Source: an uncultured Eubacteriales bacterium (GTDB lineage: Bacteria; Acidobacteriota; Aminicenantia; Aminicenantales; UBA4085). Taken from it: 64,000 bases of DNA. This document shows, in pieces, positions 16,212 to 24,661 of this stretch. Under the pieces are notes generated by a model that searched no databases, was not told the origin of the DNA, and worked only from the letters and a program-made list of their open reading frames with translations. The stretch is from assembly GCA_964556755.1 (NCBI GenBank), contig CAZKXI010000013.1, positions 2,009 through 66,008 of the forward strand, read 5' to 3'. Position 1 is the stretch's first letter. Each line of letters opens with the position of its first letter. The position numbers and the translations under genes are program-made.

Positions 16212-16940
16212 TCACATCTTCCAGGTTCCGGCCACGACGACGTTCGATCCCGTCACCCGGTCCGCCGCTTCGGAGGCCAGAAAGCGGACCGCCTCTCCCA
16301 CATCGCGGGGCGCCGCCAGGGGGTGCCGGGCGGTGTCCAATCCCCGCGGACGGAGACCCGTCGTGACCAGTCCGGGCGAGACCATGTTGACCGTGATGCC
16401 CCGCGGCGCCTCGGCCGCGGCCGCGGTGCGGGTCAGGAGCAGGAGCGCGGATTTGGCCGCGGCGTAGGGCAGGATGCCGGGGAAAGCCGCGGCCTGCTCC
16501 ACCCGCCCATAGCCGAAGAAGATGATCCGGCCCCAGCGGCGGCGCCTCATGCCGGGCAGGACGGCCAGGAGGCTGCCATGGGCCGCGACGAGATTGGAGC
16601 GGTACGCAGCCTGCCAGTCGGAGGGCGTCAGGCAGTCCCAAGGCTTCCGCAGGAAGGGGCCCATGGCCTGGACGAGGATGTCGATCCGGCCCAGACGGCG
16701 CCGGACCCGCTCGACCGCGGCGGCCGGCCCGCCGTCCTTCAGCAGATCCGCCCGGACGGTCCAGGCTTCCGCTCCGGCCGCGCGGACGGACTCCGCGGTC
16801 CGGACGGCCGCTTCGCGGCGGCTGTGGTAGTGCACGGCCACGGCCGCGCACTCGGCGCCCAGAGCCTCGGCCGCCGCGGCTCCCAGGGCGGAGGAGGCCC
16901 CGATGACGAGGGCGACGCGCCGGCGGCCGGAATCGGTCAT
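16212..16940 (-). CDS. SDR family oxidoreductase
   Basis: VALVIGASSALG, GRIDILV, YAAAK, GITVNMVSPG, VTGSNVVVAG. Confidence 0.85.
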   Translation of the reverse strand: MTDSGRRRVALVIGASSALGAAAAEALGAECAAVAVHYHSRREAAVRTAESVRAAGAEAWTVRADLLKDGGPAAAVERVRRRLGRIDILVQAMGPFLRKPWDCLTPSDWQAAYRSNLVAAHGSLLAVLPGMRRRRWGRIIFFGYGRVEQAAAFPGILPYAAAKSALLLLTRTAAAAEAPRGITVNMVSPGLVTTGLRPRGLDTARHPLAAPRDVGEAVRFLASEAADRVTGSNVVVAGTWKM

Positions 16941-16970
16941 GGGCTTTTCCGGCCGTTAGTATCGCCCATC

Positions 16971-17005
16971 CCGGGTTTGATTTCAAACCGGGGCCATGCT
17001 ATAAA
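16971..17005. promoter_or_regulatory. Back-to-back divergent promoters whose -35 boxes form a palindrome
   Basis: CCGGGTTTGA-TT-TCAAACCGGG. Plus strand: TTGATT, 17 bp, TATAAA with extended TG. Minus strand: TTGAAA, 17 bp, GATACT (extends to 16958). Confidence 0.5.
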
Positions 17006-17050
17006 GGCCGTCTTGCCGGCTACCCCGCAAAATCCTTCTTCGAGGCGACC

Positions 17051-18031
17051 ATGACATCGACCATGACCCGCATCCTCGTCACCGGTGCCTCGGGCCAGAT
17101 CGGCACCGAGCTTCTCCGAACCCTTCGCCGCCGCCACGGCGACGCCAACGTGCTGGCCACCGACATCCAGCCCCTGGCTGACCCCGAGCTTCGCGGCTCG
17201 GGACCCTTCGAGACTCTTGACGTGACCCAAGCGGCCCGGCTCGACGAGCTGATCGCCCGCTACAAGATCGACACCGTCTACCATCTGGCCGCCATCCTCT
17301 CGGCCACGGGGGAGAAGAATCCCCACCTGGCCTGGAACGTCAACATGGCCGGCTCCTACAACGTCCTCGAGGCGGCCCGCCGGCTCGGACTGTTGAGGGT
17401 CTACATCCCCTCCTCGATCGCCGCTTTCGGCCCCGAGACCCCGCGCGACAGGACGCCCCAGGAGACCGTTCTGCGCCCCAAGACCATGTACGGCCTGACC
17501 AAGGTGGCGGGCGAGCTCCTGGCCGACTACTACGTCCGGCGCTTCGGCGTCGACGTCCGCGGCAGCCGCTTCCCCGGCATCATCAGCCACCAGACCCTGC
17601 CCGGCGGCGGGACCACCGACTACGCCGTGGCCATCTTCTATGAAGCGGTCAAGAGCGACCGCTACACCTGCTTCCTGGGCCCGGACTCCTGCCTGCCGAT
17701 GATGTACATGCCCGACTGCCTGAAATCGGTCATCGACCTGATGGAGGCCGACTTCGCCAAGCTCCGCCACCACGCCGACTTCAATCTGGCGGCCATGAGC
17801 TTCACCCCGGCCGAGCTAGCGGCCGAGATCCGCCGCCACCGGCCGGACTTCCAGATCGCCTACCAGCCCGACTTCCGGCAGGCCATCGCCGACTCCTGGC
17901 CGCGCTCGATCGACGACTCGGCGGCCCGGGAGGAGTGGGGCTGGAAGCCCGACTACGACCTGCCGGCCATGGTCAAGGACATGCTGGACGTCCTCGGCGC
18001 CCGGCATGCCGCCGGCCGCCTGGGCCTCTAG
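17051..18031 (+). CDS. tdh: L-threonine 3-dehydrogenase (extended SDR type)
   Basis: ILVTGASGQIG, HLAAILSATGE, PSSIAAFG, MYGLTK, PGGGTTDYAV, PMMYMPD, RQAIADSWP. True start may be 17063. Confidence 0.8.
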   Translation: MTSTMTRILVTGASGQIGTELLRTLRRRHGDANVLATDIQPLADPELRGSGPFETLDVTQAARLDELIARYKIDTVYHLAAILSATGEKNPHLAWNVNMAGSYNVLEAARRLGLLRVYIPSSIAAFGPETPRDRTPQETVLRPKTMYGLTKVAGELLADYYVRRFGVDVRGSRFPGIISHQTLPGGGTTDYAVAIFYEAVKSDRYTCFLGPDSCLPMMYMPDCLKSVIDLMEADFAKLRHHADFNLAAMSFTPAELAAEIRRHRPDFQIAYQPDFRQAIADSWPRSIDDSAAREEWGWKPDYDLPAMVKDMLDVLGARHAAGRLGL

Positions 18032-18058
18032 CCCGGCTCGAATCCGGGGCGCATTCGC

Positions 18059-18661
18059 TCAGAAGCGCAGCGAGACGCCGGCCGCGGCGTCGATCCCGCC
18101 GAGCAGAATGTCGTCCTTGCGCACGGTCGGCCCGAGCTCGAGCCGGGCGAAGAGCCCGAGCGGCCCGAAGATCGCCACATCGGCCCCGGCCGCGAGAACC
18201 GCTCCCCAGACCGCCCTCTCGGCCGACAGGTTCGCGTCCGGCCAGGATTCGCGGCAGACGGTCCAAGCCGCGCCGGCGGCGAAGGAGAATCTCCACCGGC
18301 CGGCGGGCACGTCCGCCTGGAAGCCCCCCCGCCAGGAGTCGAGCTCCATGTCGATGCGCCCGGACGGAGCCTCGAAGGCCTCGCCGACGATGAAGGGCGT
18401 GCCCTCGGCCCGGTAGGTCCGGTAGCCGGCGAAGACCGACCAGCGGCCGGCGAAGCGATAGGACAGGCGGACCTGGTAGCCGCTCAGAACGCCGCCGTAG
18501 ATGTCGCGCAGGAGGGCGTCGTCGGCCCGGAAGCCGGCCGCGCCCAGCGTCAGATGGAACCGAGTTCCGGGCGCGGCGGCGGCGGGCGCCGCGCCGAGGA
18601 GCGGGAGGACGGCCAGCCACAAGAGAGGCCACGCGATTCTTCGTCTCATGATCAGCTCCAC
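18059..18661 (-). CDS. Small outer-membrane beta-barrel protein
   Basis: Signal peptide, alternating amphipathic strands, C-terminal Phe (VSLRF). Start may be 18649. Confidence 0.65.
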   Translation of the reverse strand: MELIMRRRIAWPLLWLAVLPLLGAAPAAAAPGTRFHLTLGAAGFRADDALLRDIYGGVLSGYQVRLSYRFAGRWSVFAGYRTYRAEGTPFIVGEAFEAPSGRIDMELDSWRGGFQADVPAGRWRFSFAAGAAWTVCRESWPDANLSAERAVWGAVLAAGADVAIFGPLGLFARLELGPTVRKDDILLGGIDAAAGVSLRF

Positions 18662-20292
18662 GTTCCGTCCTTGTCGGAGACTTCGATCGAGGGCCGGCTC
18701 TCGCGGCCTTGGTCGTCGAGGGCGGTGACGACGTAGAAATAGGTCTTGCCCACATCGAGGCCGCGGTCCGTGTACTCCAAGGCTTCCAGGCCGGCGGGGG
18801 TCAGAAGCTCATAAGGGCCGCCCGACTTGACGGCCCGGTAGACGTGGTAGCCGATGACGTCCTCCGCCCCGGCGTTCCAGCGCAGGGCGACGGTCTTGGT
18901 CTTCAGGTAGAGGGACCGCACGATCTGGGTTCGGACCGTCAGCCCGGCCGGCGCGGCCGGCGTGCTGACGATCCGGGCCGTATCGACCACGGTGGCCAGG
19001 GACGCCTTGACGGCCAGCAGGGCGTAGTCCAGGTTGAGGGTGCTCAGGGTGTCGGAGGTCGTGTGGTAGTTGGGATTCTGGGGGTCCTCGTTCTCGATGA
19101 CGCAGAGGGCCTCGTAGCCGTGGTCCCAGAATGGCGACTGGTCGCTGTAGGGCCAGGACCCGAAGATCATGGTGTTGACCGTCAGCCCGGCGTACTGGGC
19201 CGCGTTGGCCCGGTAGCGGTCGGCCAGGCCGCGGGAGATCTCGTTGCTGATGACGTCAAAGCGCCAGGGATGGCGGTCGGGGTAGGCGATCATGTCCATG
19301 TTGATGACGGCCACGATGTCCTGCTGAGCGGCGGCCGCCGCTTCGGCGTAGTGCTTGCTGCCGTAGAGGCCCCACTCCTCGGCCGAGAAGCAGATGAACT
19401 TGACCGAGAAGTCGAGGGGGGTGGCGGCCAGGACGCGGGCGATCTCCAGGACCGCGGCCGTGCCGCTGGCGTTGTCGTCGGCCCCCGGGGCCAGGCTCGT
19501 CGGCCTGTCACTGGTCGAGTCATAGTGGCCGCAGACGATCACCTGCCGGTCCGGGAAGAGGGTCCCCGGCAGGGTGGCCACGATGTTGCGGCTGCTGCGG
19601 GTCCCGGAGAAGACGAAAGGATCATACTCGACGGCCAGGCCCAGCTTGGCCAGCTCGTCGTAGAGGTACCCGCCGGCCGCCTCGCAGCCCGGGGTGATGG
19701 CATATCGGGTCCGGAAGCCCTCCAGATCGCTGATGGTCTGGGTCAGCCGGGCCTTCGAGACTTGGCTCACCAAGGCCGCGATCTGGGGATCGTCGCCGGC
19801 CTCGTTCCGTCCCGAGCGGGCCGGCTCGACGGCCGGATCCAGGGGCCGGGCGGAGTCCAGGAAGAGGCGGCCGAAGCGCATCCCCGGGGGCAGGATCTCG
19901 CGGGCTTCGCGCCCGCCCGACCAGAACAGAGCGGTCTCCTCTTCCAGCCGGACGGACCGGCCGACGCCCTGGAGGGCGGACCAGTCCGCTTGGCCGCGGA
20001 TGCGGACCAGGAAATAGGCTTGCCCGGCCGTGTCGGCGTCGAGGACCTCGAAGCCGCAGCCGGCCCGGGCCAGGCGTTCGAGGGACGACTCCGGCAGGGC
20101 CAGGAGCCAGGACGAACGGAGGGCGGCGACCGCCCTCAGCTCGGCCCGAAGAGACGCCGGCAGACCCGCCGCGGCCGGGCCGTCGATGCGGACCAGGGAG
20201 ACCCTCTCGCGGGGAGCGGCGGCCGGGCCGGGCGCGGCGAGGAGCAGGCCGGCCAGGACCAAGAGCCAAGCCGGGAGTCGTTGACGCTTCAT
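18652..20292 (-). CDS. Exported M28 metallo-aminopeptidase with C-terminal fibronectin III domain
   Basis: GHYDS, PGADDNASG, AEEWGL, NMDMI, SDQSPF, YHTTSD; FN3 motifs PAAPAGL..LRW..GYHVYR..YFYVVTA. Confidence 0.88.
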   Translation of the reverse strand: MKRQRLPAWLLVLAGLLLAAPGPAAAPRERVSLVRIDGPAAAGLPASLRAELRAVAALRSSWLLALPESSLERLARAGCGFEVLDADTAGQAYFLVRIRGQADWSALQGVGRSVRLEEETALFWSGGREAREILPPGMRFGRLFLDSARPLDPAVEPARSGRNEAGDDPQIAALVSQVSKARLTQTISDLEGFRTRYAITPGCEAAGGYLYDELAKLGLAVEYDPFVFSGTRSSRNIVATLPGTLFPDRQVIVCGHYDSTSDRPTSLAPGADDNASGTAAVLEIARVLAATPLDFSVKFICFSAEEWGLYGSKHYAEAAAAAQQDIVAVINMDMIAYPDRHPWRFDVISNEISRGLADRYRANAAQYAGLTVNTMIFGSWPYSDQSPFWDHGYEALCVIENEDPQNPNYHTTSDTLSTLNLDYALLAVKASLATVVDTARIVSTPAAPAGLTVRTQIVRSLYLKTKTVALRWNAGAEDVIGYHVYRAVKSGGPYELLTPAGLEALEYTDRGLDVGKTYFYVVTALDDQGRESRPSIEVSDKDGTWS

Positions 20293-20355
20293 GGCTGTCC
20301 TTTCTTCGGCGAAATCGATATCATCATATAGGATACGAAGGAAGGAGGCAAAATC

Positions 20356-21348
20356 ATGCCCGTGCTCTTGATCCTATCCGCCCTGGCCTGCTTCGCGGCC
20401 GTCCCTCCCGACGCCGCCGGACCGGTTCGGCCCGCGCACACCTACTCGATCGTGGCCCGGGACAAGGCGACCGGCGACCTCGGCGTGGCCGTCCAGTCCC
20501 ACTGGTTCTCCGTCGGGGCCCTGGTCCCCTGGGCCGAGGCCGGGGTGGGGGCGGTGGCGACCCAGTCCTTCGTCGAGGCCTCCTACGGGCCTCTGGGCCT
20601 GGAGATGATGCGGGCCGGCCGCACCGCCCCGGAGGCCTTGGCCGGCCTTCTGCGGGCCGATAAGGACGAGGCCGTCCGGCAGGTCGGCATGGTCGATGCC
20701 GCCGGCCGGGCCGCTTCCCATACCGGAAGCAAGTGCATCGCCGCGGCCGGGCATTATGTCGGCGACGGCTTCGCCTGCCAGGCCAACATGATGCTCAAGC
20801 CGACCGTCTGGAAGGCCATGGCCGAGGCTTTCGAGTCGACTCCCGGCGAGCTGGCCGACAGGCTGTTGGCGGCCCTGGAAGCCGCCCAGCGCGAGGGAGG
20901 GGACATTCGCGGCCGCCAGGCCGCCGGGTTGATCGTCGTCCGGGGCAAAGCCAGCGGCGCACCCTGGAAGGACCGCATCTACGATCTCCGTGTCGAGGAT
21001 CACCCCGACCCGGTGGGAGAGATGCGGCGCCTCCTGCGGACGGCCAAGGCCTACAACCACATGAACGAGGGCGATGCCCTTCTGACGGCCGGCCGGACGG
21101 CCGAGGCTCTCAAGGAATACAGCCTGGGGATGGAGATCTATCCCGACAACCCGGAGATGCTCTTCTGGCCGGCGGTGACCATGGCGTCGACGGGGAAGGT
21201 CGACGAGAGCCTGCCTCTCTTCCGCAAGGTCTTCGCCCTCGATCCGAACTGGATGGAGCTCCTGCGGCGCCTGCCCGCCGTCGGCCAGTTCCCCGACGAT
21301 GCGGCCCTTCTTCGACGCATCCTGGCCCTCGGCCCGCCCGGACGCTGA
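20356..21348 (+). CDS. DUF1028 (Ntn-hydrolase-like) protein with C-terminal TPR
   Basis: TYSIVARD..LGVAVQSHWFSVG, GAVATQ, QANMM, GGDIRGRQAA, DLRVEDH. Confidence 0.85.
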   Translation: MPVLLILSALACFAAVPPDAAGPVRPAHTYSIVARDKATGDLGVAVQSHWFSVGALVPWAEAGVGAVATQSFVEASYGPLGLEMMRAGRTAPEALAGLLRADKDEAVRQVGMVDAAGRAASHTGSKCIAAAGHYVGDGFACQANMMLKPTVWKAMAEAFESTPGELADRLLAALEAAQREGGDIRGRQAAGLIVVRGKASGAPWKDRIYDLRVEDHPDPVGEMRRLLRTAKAYNHMNEGDALLTAGRTAEALKEYSLGMEIYPDNPEMLFWPAVTMASTGKVDESLPLFRKVFALDPNWMELLRRLPAVGQFPDDAALLRRILALGPPGR

Positions 21349-21359
21349 AGGGCCGGCCG

Positions 21360-22181
21360 TCAGCGCCCCAAGGATTCCCGGAAGAAGGTCGGCAGGGCGA
21401 AAGCGGCTTCGTGAATCTCGGCGTTGTAGTGCTTCAGGCCCCGGACCGGCTTCTTGCGCCGGGCCGCCAGCGGCGGCACCTCGTCCGAGAGATAGACGAA
21501 GCACCAGGTCCCGCCCGGGTAGGTCGGCACGGGACAGAGGTAGAAGGCGGCGTGCCGGAACATGGTCTTCAGAAAGCGGTACTTGGCCCGGTGCTGCTCC
21601 TGGTGGTAGAGCAGAGAGCCGGCTTGGGCGGCGATGATTCCGCCCGGCTTGAGGATGGCCTTCAGGGCGGCGTAGAAGGGCTTGCCGTGCAGCACGGTGG
21701 AGGGCCCGACCGGGTCCGAGGAGTCGACCAGGATGACGTCGAAGCGGTCCTTGGTCGAGCGGATGAAGGCGTCGCCGTCGGCCACGACCAGCTCGGCCCT
21801 CGGGTCAGCCAGGTCCTTCTTCAGCCAGGGGTAGAAGCGCCGGCAGACGTCGATGACCTGGCCGTCGATCTCGCAGAGCCGGGCCTTGCGGACCGGGTGG
21901 CGCAGGACCTCGCGAAGCGCCCCGCCGTCTCCCCCGCCGATGATGAGAACGTCGAGCGGGCGGCGGTGCAGGGACAGCGCCGGATGGACCAGCATCTCGT
22001 GGTAGAAGAACTCGTCGGCATCCGTGGTCTGGACCAGGCCGTCCAGGAGCAGGACCCGGCCGAAGGTTCGATTCGAGACCATCTCGATCTTTTGGAAGCG
22101 GGAGCGGCCGCGGTAGAGCGTCCGCTCGACCTTGAAGAAGATGCCGTGCCAGGGCGTCTGGCTTTCGCGCGCTTCCTTCAT
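21360..22181 (-). CDS. speE: Polyamine aminopropyltransferase (spermidine synthase)
   Basis: FGRVLLLDGLVQ, FYHEMLVH, VLIIGGGDGG, CEIDGQV, DVILVDSSDP, YNAEIHEAAFALP. Confidence 0.93.
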   Translation of the reverse strand: MKEARESQTPWHGIFFKVERTLYRGRSRFQKIEMVSNRTFGRVLLLDGLVQTTDADEFFYHEMLVHPALSLHRRPLDVLIIGGGDGGALREVLRHPVRKARLCEIDGQVIDVCRRFYPWLKKDLADPRAELVVADGDAFIRSTKDRFDVILVDSSDPVGPSTVLHGKPFYAALKAILKPGGIIAAQAGSLLYHQEQHRAKYRFLKTMFRHAAFYLCPVPTYPGGTWCFVYLSDEVPPLAARRKKPVRGLKHYNAEIHEAAFALPTFFRESLGR

Positions 22182-22204
22182 CGGTTCCTCCTCGATCCGC
22201 CGGC

Positions 22205-24421
22205 TCAATAGGCCTTCTGCAGCGATATGCCCCGATAGTACTTTCCCAGAATCTCCTCGTAGGAGGCGCCCTGCTGGGCCATCCGGAAGGAGCCGATCTG
22301 GCACAGGCCCACGCCGTGCCCCCAGCCCTTGCCGCTGAAGACGAAGTGGCTGACGGATCCGTCGGGGGCGTACTCGCGGTCGATGACGAACAGGGTGTCC
22401 CTCAGATTGAGAACCTGGCGGATCCGCATGCCGCGGACCCGGCTCTGCCCAGCCTGGCCGACGATGTTCAGCTCCACGACCCGCTTGGAGGCGCCCCTCT
22501 TGACCGGCAACAGGTCGATCAGGCGGCCGACCGGATAGGACTGGTTGATCCGCTCTTGCAGCTCCTGGCGGGAGACCCGGACCTGCCAGCGGTGGAAGGG
22601 CGAGGCCGCGTCGAGAGCATAGGCGGAGCGGGATTGGACGAGGCGCAGGAGGCGGATCTTCCCATCCGCCTCAATCCAGCGGACGGCGTCTCCCGGAAGG
22701 AGATCCAGGCTCGAGGCGGCGGCGGGCGCGCCCGAGGCGTCGCGGAAGAGAGCCGCTCCCGGAACGATCTCCAGCGTCCTCTCCCCGTCCTCGGTGTGCA
22801 GGACCAGGGCCTCGCGGCGGAGCTCGTGCAGGGTGCCTTGGCGGGCGAAGTCCCGGTAGGTCGAGAGGACCGCATGGAGAGCCGCGGCGGCTTCGGCCCG
22901 GCTGACCGGCCGGTCCCGATCGATCCAGCGCTCCGGCGCGGCGGCCAATCCGGACGAGATGAAGTAGGCCAGGACGGCCCGCTCGCGCCCGCTCAGATGG
23001 GACGCGTCCCGCAAGATCCGCTCCGCCTCGCCGGGAACGACGAGGTTGCTGACCCGATCGTCCCAATCGAAGGCGGCGACCAGCTGGACGGCCAAGGCCG
23101 GATAGCTGAGGGGCGCGTTCTCGGCCGGGGCCCGGCCGGGCTTCTTGCCCAGATAGGCCGCGCCCCGAACCATCCACCCCCAGGCCTCGACCGTCGTCGT
23201 CGGGGCGTTCCACCAGGCCGCATCCGTCTCCAGGTCCATGATCCCGAGGGCGGCCAAGGCGCCGGCGGCATAGGCGGCGGGCCGGCCGTCCGCGGTCAGG
23301 GGCGGGAAGACGGCGGGCGAGCGGACCGTCCAGCCTTCCTCATGGTCCGGGACGCATTCGGTGCTCTTCAGGTACGGGGCCGGCGCGCCTTCGAAGATCG
23401 CTTCGACGTCCTCGGTGACGCCGCCGCAGGTGCTCATGTAGAGGGCGTTGATAAGCTTGCCGCCGTAGACCGCCGCTTCCCGGCGGGTCTCTTCGACGGC
23501 CCGCGTGCTCAGGGGGTGCTCGGCGGAGAGGCCGAGGTAGACCTGCGAGACCGGCGTCGCGTGGAGATCGAATCCGAGGCTTTCGAACTGGCCCATGTTC
23601 TTGAGGGCGTAGGTCCGGGCGGCCACGGCCTGGGCTTTTTGGGCCTCAATCTCGGTGAAGAAGGACGGCGGCAGCTCGCCGGGCACCACGCCCTTCAGAT
23701 AGTCTTCCACGTTGAGGGTGTTGATCAGGATCAGGCCCTTGCGGCTTCCGCGCAGGGTCATGATCCCGCGGTAGGTGCGGCCCCGGTACCGAAGATAGCT
23801 GTCGCTTGAGGCGGGAATGAAGTAGAGCGACGATTCGGCATTGAGGTTCATCAAATGGCCGTTGACAAGGACCCAGTGGGGGTGGTTTTCCGCCTCGACC
23901 ACCTCCTCGCGGACGATCCAGGCCTCCGCAAAGCCGAGAAGGCCGGCCTGCCGGATGAAGCCCAAAGCGTCGCCCCGGGTCAGGAAATCCCCGACCCGGA
24001 CGTAGTAAACGGGATCGCCGGCCGCGTCGGGCTCCTGGGCCACCGAGATCTTGCGGGATATCTTGGCCCGCAGGGCCCGGGCGGCTTCCTCGGCCTCGTC
24101 GCGCCGGAGATGCTGCGAGACTTGGACCAGGAACTTCTCGCTCAGCTTGTCCCGCTGCCCCTGGATGCGGGCCTGGGCCGCGTCTTCGGCCAGGAGCTTG
24201 TAGGCCCCGTCGACCTGGTAGATCTTCATGCCGGAAGAGGATGTGATGAGGATGTCCTCGACATTGACGCCCAGGGCGATGCGGATGACCGGCTTGGCAA
24301 TCGGGTAGCCCTGGAAGAAGAGGTTCTCCTCGCCGAACGGAGCCGGCTTCGCGGCGCAGAAATAGAGCAGGGCGAAAGCCAGGAAGACGGCTTTATGGTG
24401 ATGGGTCAGGATCCTGCGCAT
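22205..24421 (-). CDS. SpoIID/LytB lytic transglycosylase with SPOR domain and a large internal insertion
   Basis: SPOR-like YYVRVGDF; EDYLKGVVPGE, KAQAVAARTYA, SQVY, STCGG; C-terminal GWGHGVGLCQ..ILGKYY. Confidence 0.88.
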   Translation of the reverse strand: MRRILTHHHKAVFLAFALLYFCAAKPAPFGEENLFFQGYPIAKPVIRIALGVNVEDILITSSSGMKIYQVDGAYKLLAEDAAQARIQGQRDKLSEKFLVQVSQHLRRDEAEEAARALRAKISRKISVAQEPDAAGDPVYYVRVGDFLTRGDALGFIRQAGLLGFAEAWIVREEVVEAENHPHWVLVNGHLMNLNAESSLYFIPASSDSYLRYRGRTYRGIMTLRGSRKGLILINTLNVEDYLKGVVPGELPPSFFTEIEAQKAQAVAARTYALKNMGQFESLGFDLHATPVSQVYLGLSAEHPLSTRAVEETRREAAVYGGKLINALYMSTCGGVTEDVEAIFEGAPAPYLKSTECVPDHEEGWTVRSPAVFPPLTADGRPAAYAAGALAALGIMDLETDAAWWNAPTTTVEAWGWMVRGAAYLGKKPGRAPAENAPLSYPALAVQLVAAFDWDDRVSNLVVPGEAERILRDASHLSGRERAVLAYFISSGLAAAPERWIDRDRPVSRAEAAAALHAVLSTYRDFARQGTLHELRREALVLHTEDGERTLEIVPGAALFRDASGAPAAASSLDLLPGDAVRWIEADGKIRLLRLVQSRSAYALDAASPFHRWQVRVSRQELQERINQSYPVGRLIDLLPVKRGASKRVVELNIVGQAGQSRVRGMRIRQVLNLRDTLFVIDREYAPDGSVSHFVFSGKGWGHGVGLCQIGSFRMAQQGASYEEILGKYYRGISLQKAY

Positions 24422-24544
24422 AAAACGGCTCACGGCTCTTAGCGCCCCGGGGGCGCTTATTCGCTCCTTGAACGGTCTATATATGCCGCCCGGACGGGCG
24501 AGACATACCATATATGGGGGATTGCCGACGATAGCAGGGAGAGT

Positions 24545-24573
24545 ATGCTAACCGATGGAGGAGGCCGTGTCAA
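24545..24573 (-). promoter_or_regulatory. Promoter for the spoIID-like/speE genes
   Basis: TTGACA (24573-24568), 17 bp spacer, TAGCAT (24550-24545). Confidence 0.65.
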
Positions 24574-24598
24574 GCCCTGCCCCTCTCCCCGCGTCTTT

Positions 24599-24626
24599 TT
24601 GACATTTCTCGTCATTCGGATATAAT
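24599..24626 (+). promoter_or_regulatory. Consensus promoter for the acs-ACP-kbl-satP operon
   Basis: TTGACA (24599-24604), 16 bp spacer, TATAAT (24621-24626). Confidence 0.8.
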
Positions 24627-24661
24627 CTCGTCCTCTTAAACTCAACCTCGAGGGATGGACC

